From: Pontiella sp.
Lineage (GTDB): Bacteria > Verrucomicrobiota > Kiritimatiellia > Kiritimatiellales > Pontiellaceae
Assembly (NCBI GenBank): GCA_050290185.1
Contig: JBNKHE010000003.1
Coordinates: 224,001-288,000, forward strand
Direction: 5' to 3'
DNA length: 64,000 bases
The position numbers and the translations under genes are program-made. The stretch's first letter is position 1. Every line of letters starts with the position of its first letter. The notes beneath the pieces are model-generated. The model saw only the letters and a program-made list of their open reading frames with translations, searched no databases and had not been told where the DNA came from. Positions 60,965 through 64,000 of the stretch are shown piece after piece.

Positions 60965-62104
60965 TTATCTGCGGGCGTTGGCGATATGCTTGAGCATGCT
61001 GCTGCCGCGCTCCGGGTCGACCCTGGACAGCTCTTTGGCTTCGCGCTCGGCGGAATCCCACTTCTGCTGCTGAAGGTAACTGTAGGAGAGCAGATAGCGG
61101 GCATCCGCGTAGGACGGATCAAGGGACAAGGCCTGTCTGCATGCTTCCTGTACCTTGGCATAATCAGACAAATTAAAGCTGGCCATTCCTGTGCGGTAGT
61201 AGGCGTCCTTTCGGCTTGGATCGGCCACAACCGCTTGCTGATATTGGGCAAGTGCCGCAGCGTATTTCTTTTCCCCGTAGAGCCGGTCGCCTTCCTTCAT
61301 GAATTTTACGGCGTCTTCCGGGTTGGATGACGATGCGGCTGTTCCTGAACCATCCAGCCGGGCGATGGCGTTCCGGGCCGCTTCGGCGTGGCTGCCTGAC
61401 CCTCCGGCTTTCCGGACATAGGCCTGATAGTATTGAAGCGCTGCATCCTTGTCGTGCAACCATTGTTCGTGAATAACCCCCAGGTTGTACAGGGCGGGAG
61501 CATAGTCGGGATCGGCCAGCGTAATTTTCTTAAGACGGCTGATGACCTGTGCGCTGCCCTGGCCATGATTCAGCTCCGCGAGGGCGAGGGCATTTTGTGC
61601 TGCCGGATCATTCGGGGTGGCGGCGACTGCTTCTGCCATAATGCGCGTCGATTGGGCCCAGTCCCGTTTTTTGGCTGCAATCAGGCTTTTCAAGGCAAGG
61701 GCGGTTTTGTTCTTCGGATTTTCCCCGAGATACATGTTGATCGATTTTAAGGCCCCATCAAAATCATCCGAATGGAATTGGGCCATGGCCAGATTCAACC
61801 GTGCGTCTGTAATCGTCTCGGATAACGCGCAGGCATCGTCGAAGGCTGCCGCCGCTGCCTTCGGCTCATCCAGTTGCCAAAGCACCAGTCCGAGCTTGTT
61901 GAAGGCCATCGATTTCCGGACGTTTCCCGAGAGACGTCCCGTCGCTTTTTCGAGCAGCGCACGCGCCTGGACCAGATCGCCCTCGTCCCATGCCTGGATG
62001 GCCTTGCTGTATTCCTTCTCGCCGGAGCGGCCGCCGCAGCCCACAAACATCGCGAGTACGAGCAACAGGCCCGACCCGATAATCAAAATCCTGTTTTTCT
62101 TCAT
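60965..62104 (-). CDS. TPR-repeat lipoprotein
   Basis: FVGC lipobox; multiple TPR units (AFNKLG, ALYNLG, AYYRTG). Confidence 0.85.
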   Translation of the reverse strand: MKKNRILIIGSGLLLVLAMFVGCGGRSGEKEYSKAIQAWDEGDLVQARALLEKATGRLSGNVRKSMAFNKLGLVLWQLDEPKAAAAAFDDACALSETITDARLNLAMAQFHSDDFDGALKSINMYLGENPKNKTALALKSLIAAKKRDWAQSTRIMAEAVAATPNDPAAQNALALAELNHGQGSAQVISRLKKITLADPDYAPALYNLGVIHEQWLHDKDAALQYYQAYVRKAGGSGSHAEAARNAIARLDGSGTAASSSNPEDAVKFMKEGDRLYGEKKYAAALAQYQQAVVADPSRKDAYYRTGMASFNLSDYAKVQEACRQALSLDPSYADARYLLSYSYLQQQKWDSAEREAKELSRVDPERGSSMLKHIANARR

Positions 62105-62499
62105 GATGCAGAAATTCCTTTAACCCACACCTGTCGGCTGCGGGGTCCATCAAATTCACAAAAATAGAGGCTTTGCCATGTGCCCAGTTGCAGCTTCCCA
62201 TCGGAAATAATCACCTGGGCGGACGAGCCCATCATACTGGCCTTCACATGGGCCGCCGTATTGCCCTCGAAATGGCTGTAACCCCCGTTCCAGGGAACCA
62301 CCCGATCCAGGACCAGCTCCATATCCGCCGTGACGTCCGGGTCGGCGTTTTCGTTGATCGTTACGCCGGCGGTTGTATGGGGGATAAAAACTGTTACAAT
62401 GCCCTCTGAAATGCCACATTCCTGAATCATTTCGTTTACTTGCCGGTCAATTTTAACAAAGTCGGTCCGGGCTCGGGTTTGTATGCTGAAGCTCCTCAT
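62101..62499 (-). CDS. YjbQ / UPF0047 family protein
   Basis: PHTTAG.TINENADP.V..D, H.EGN..AHVKA, LGTWQ..YFCEFDGPR.R. Confidence 0.92.
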   Translation of the reverse strand: MRSFSIQTRARTDFVKIDRQVNEMIQECGISEGIVTVFIPHTTAGVTINENADPDVTADMELVLDRVVPWNGGYSHFEGNTAAHVKASMMGSSAQVIISDGKLQLGTWQSLYFCEFDGPRSRQVWVKGISAS

Positions 62500-62635
62500 G
62501 GGCAGACACCATATCCGAACCCCGCAGATTTTGAAGCGGAAAGTTTCCGACTCGATGAAAAAAGTCGGGACAGGCTTCCATTCCTGTGGATTGAAGGCAT
62601 AAAATGCAAATCGATTTTATGGAGGAACTCTCATT

Positions 62636-63904
62636 TTGCAGTTTATTGCGAATCACATCCTAACACTTGCAACCATGGCACTCCTGCTGTGTTTGTCGGG
62701 CTTCTTTTCCGGAACGGAATCCGCCCTTTTTTCATTGAGCCGCAACCAGATCCGGAAGCTCAGAAACGACGGGCATCAGGTTGAAAAACTGCTGGCTTTG
62801 CTCGCTGACAATCCATCGGGACTGCTGGTGGCTATTCTTTTCGGGAATCTGGTGGTCAATATCCTCTTCTTCTCGATCAGTGCCGTGTTGAGTATCGAAA
62901 TTGCATCGATATATGGCGATTGGTATCAGGCTGCCATCGGTGTTTCCGTACTGTTACTGGTCATTCTGGTGGGGGAAATCCTGCCCAAGGCGGTCGGCAT
63001 ATCATTTCCTGAACGCATCGCGAAGCTCAACTCCCGGCCGTTGCTGGGATGGTTTCATTTTATGGGGCCGGTCCGGCGGGTACTGGAAATCATTACCAAC
63101 CGCATGGAGCCGGCTGACCAGCACGACCACCGCCTCGGGGCAGACGAACTGAGGATGTTGATCGATGCCACTCACCATGACCCGACCTTTGGCAAACAGG
63201 AAAAGGCCATTATTGAAGACATTGTCACGCTCCCCGAAATCCGCGTGCGGGAAATCATGGTTCCGCGGGTGAAACAGTTGTTTCGCCGTGTGGATGCCCC
63301 GGCGGGTGAAGCGTTGGCGGAGGCTTGTGAACAGCAGATCGAGCTGATTCCGGTTTACGAGGACGAAGAAGATAATATTGTCGGGGTGGTGGAGACGCGC
63401 AGTCTTTTTGTGGATGGCGATCCGGCCCGGCCGCTTTCCGACTTTACCCTCCCGGTAAGGTTTGTTCCGGAGACCAAGCGTGCAGATGAGATGCTTCAGG
63501 AATTTCTCGACGATGAATTGCGTCTGGTTTGCGTGGTCGACGAATATGGAGGGCTGGCGGGAACGGTATGTCTGGAAGACCTGTTGGAAGAGGTGGTCGG
63601 AGAGTTTGATGTGATGGAGGCCCCGCCGGTCGAACAGCTCGGGGAGTCCATCTACCGGTTGCAAGGCAGTCTGGGTATTCGTGAATGGCGCAGTCTTTTT
63701 GTGGGCTATCTCCCGCGCGAAATGATGCAGGATCTTGCCCTGGACACGGTGAGCGGGCTCGTGGTGTCGATCCTGAAGCGATTGCCAAAGGCCGGCGATG
63801 TTGCCGTGGTGGGAAGCCTGCGTTTTACCGTCGAACAAGTGCGGTCAAACCGCATTGAAAGCGTTCGTTTGGAACTGGTGGACTCCAACGGGGGAGAATC
63901 GTGA
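62636..63904 (+). CDS. CNNM/CorC (HlyC, hemolysin-C family) CBS-domain membrane protein
   Basis: SGFFSGTESALFSL, IL.GN..VN, GEILPK, VREIMVPR, VVDEYGG..G.V..EDLLEE.VGE; TTG start with GGAGG. Confidence 0.9.
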   Translation: MQFIANHILTLATMALLLCLSGFFSGTESALFSLSRNQIRKLRNDGHQVEKLLALLADNPSGLLVAILFGNLVVNILFFSISAVLSIEIASIYGDWYQAAIGVSVLLLVILVGEILPKAVGISFPERIAKLNSRPLLGWFHFMGPVRRVLEIITNRMEPADQHDHRLGADELRMLIDATHHDPTFGKQEKAIIEDIVTLPEIRVREIMVPRVKQLFRRVDAPAGEALAEACEQQIELIPVYEDEEDNIVGVVETRSLFVDGDPARPLSDFTLPVRFVPETKRADEMLQEFLDDELRLVCVVDEYGGLAGTVCLEDLLEEVVGEFDVMEAPPVEQLGESIYRLQGSLGIREWRSLFVGYLPREMMQDLALDTVSGLVVSILKRLPKAGDVAVVGSLRFTVEQVRSNRIESVRLELVDSNGGES

Positions 63905-64000
63905 ACTCGATCATGATCCTTGTTTTTGGATTCCTGTTCTGCTCGTTGTTTTCCGGTGCTGAAACCGGCAGCTACATGGTGAACCGCATCCGCCTGCGCC
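63901..64000 (+). CDS. Second CNNM (DUF21) domain protein, 5' end (truncated by window edge)
   Basis: GTG start overlapping previous stop; SLFSGAETG.Y..NRIRLR. Confidence 0.75.
   Translation, partial: MNSIMILVFGFLFCSLFSGAETGSYMVNRIRLR

Overview
A 64 kb bacterial chromosomal segment of moderately high GC that is mostly housekeeping: etfA (3' end)-trxB-acyl-CoA dehydrogenase, cimA, valS, lipA, acs, infA, rimK cluster, purN, dut, radC, larC-hisF-hisI, phosphomannomutase, trpEG, nadE, guaB, pgpA, aroC-tatBCA, tRNA-Arg(TCT), and an FMN-riboswitch-led ribBA-ribH-nusB-ftsY-ribD-ribE string. The gene content (lamin-tail/CotH giant protein, BspA LRR protein, PVC-type TPR tails, GTAG REP hairpins) suggests a PVC-superphylum organism such as a Kiritimatiellota member; this is inference only. 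The signals most worth a second look: (1) an unannotated minus-strand rod-shaped RNA with a central bubble and its own terminator at about 4745-4880; (2) a cassette-less integron integrase inserted between hisF and hisI; (3) a 746-aa membrane protein with a cryptic protein-kinase-like N-terminus beside tRNA-Arg; (4) a PilT ATPase fused to a TPR-like tail behind a consensus sigma-54 promoter; (5) a translationally coupled lipA-COG2426-nfu operon; (6) a rimK/protease/M14 peptidase triad split by a BspA gene; and several gene remnants. No CRISPR array, prophage, rRNA or transposase was seen. All calls come from reading motifs by eye; no searches were run.
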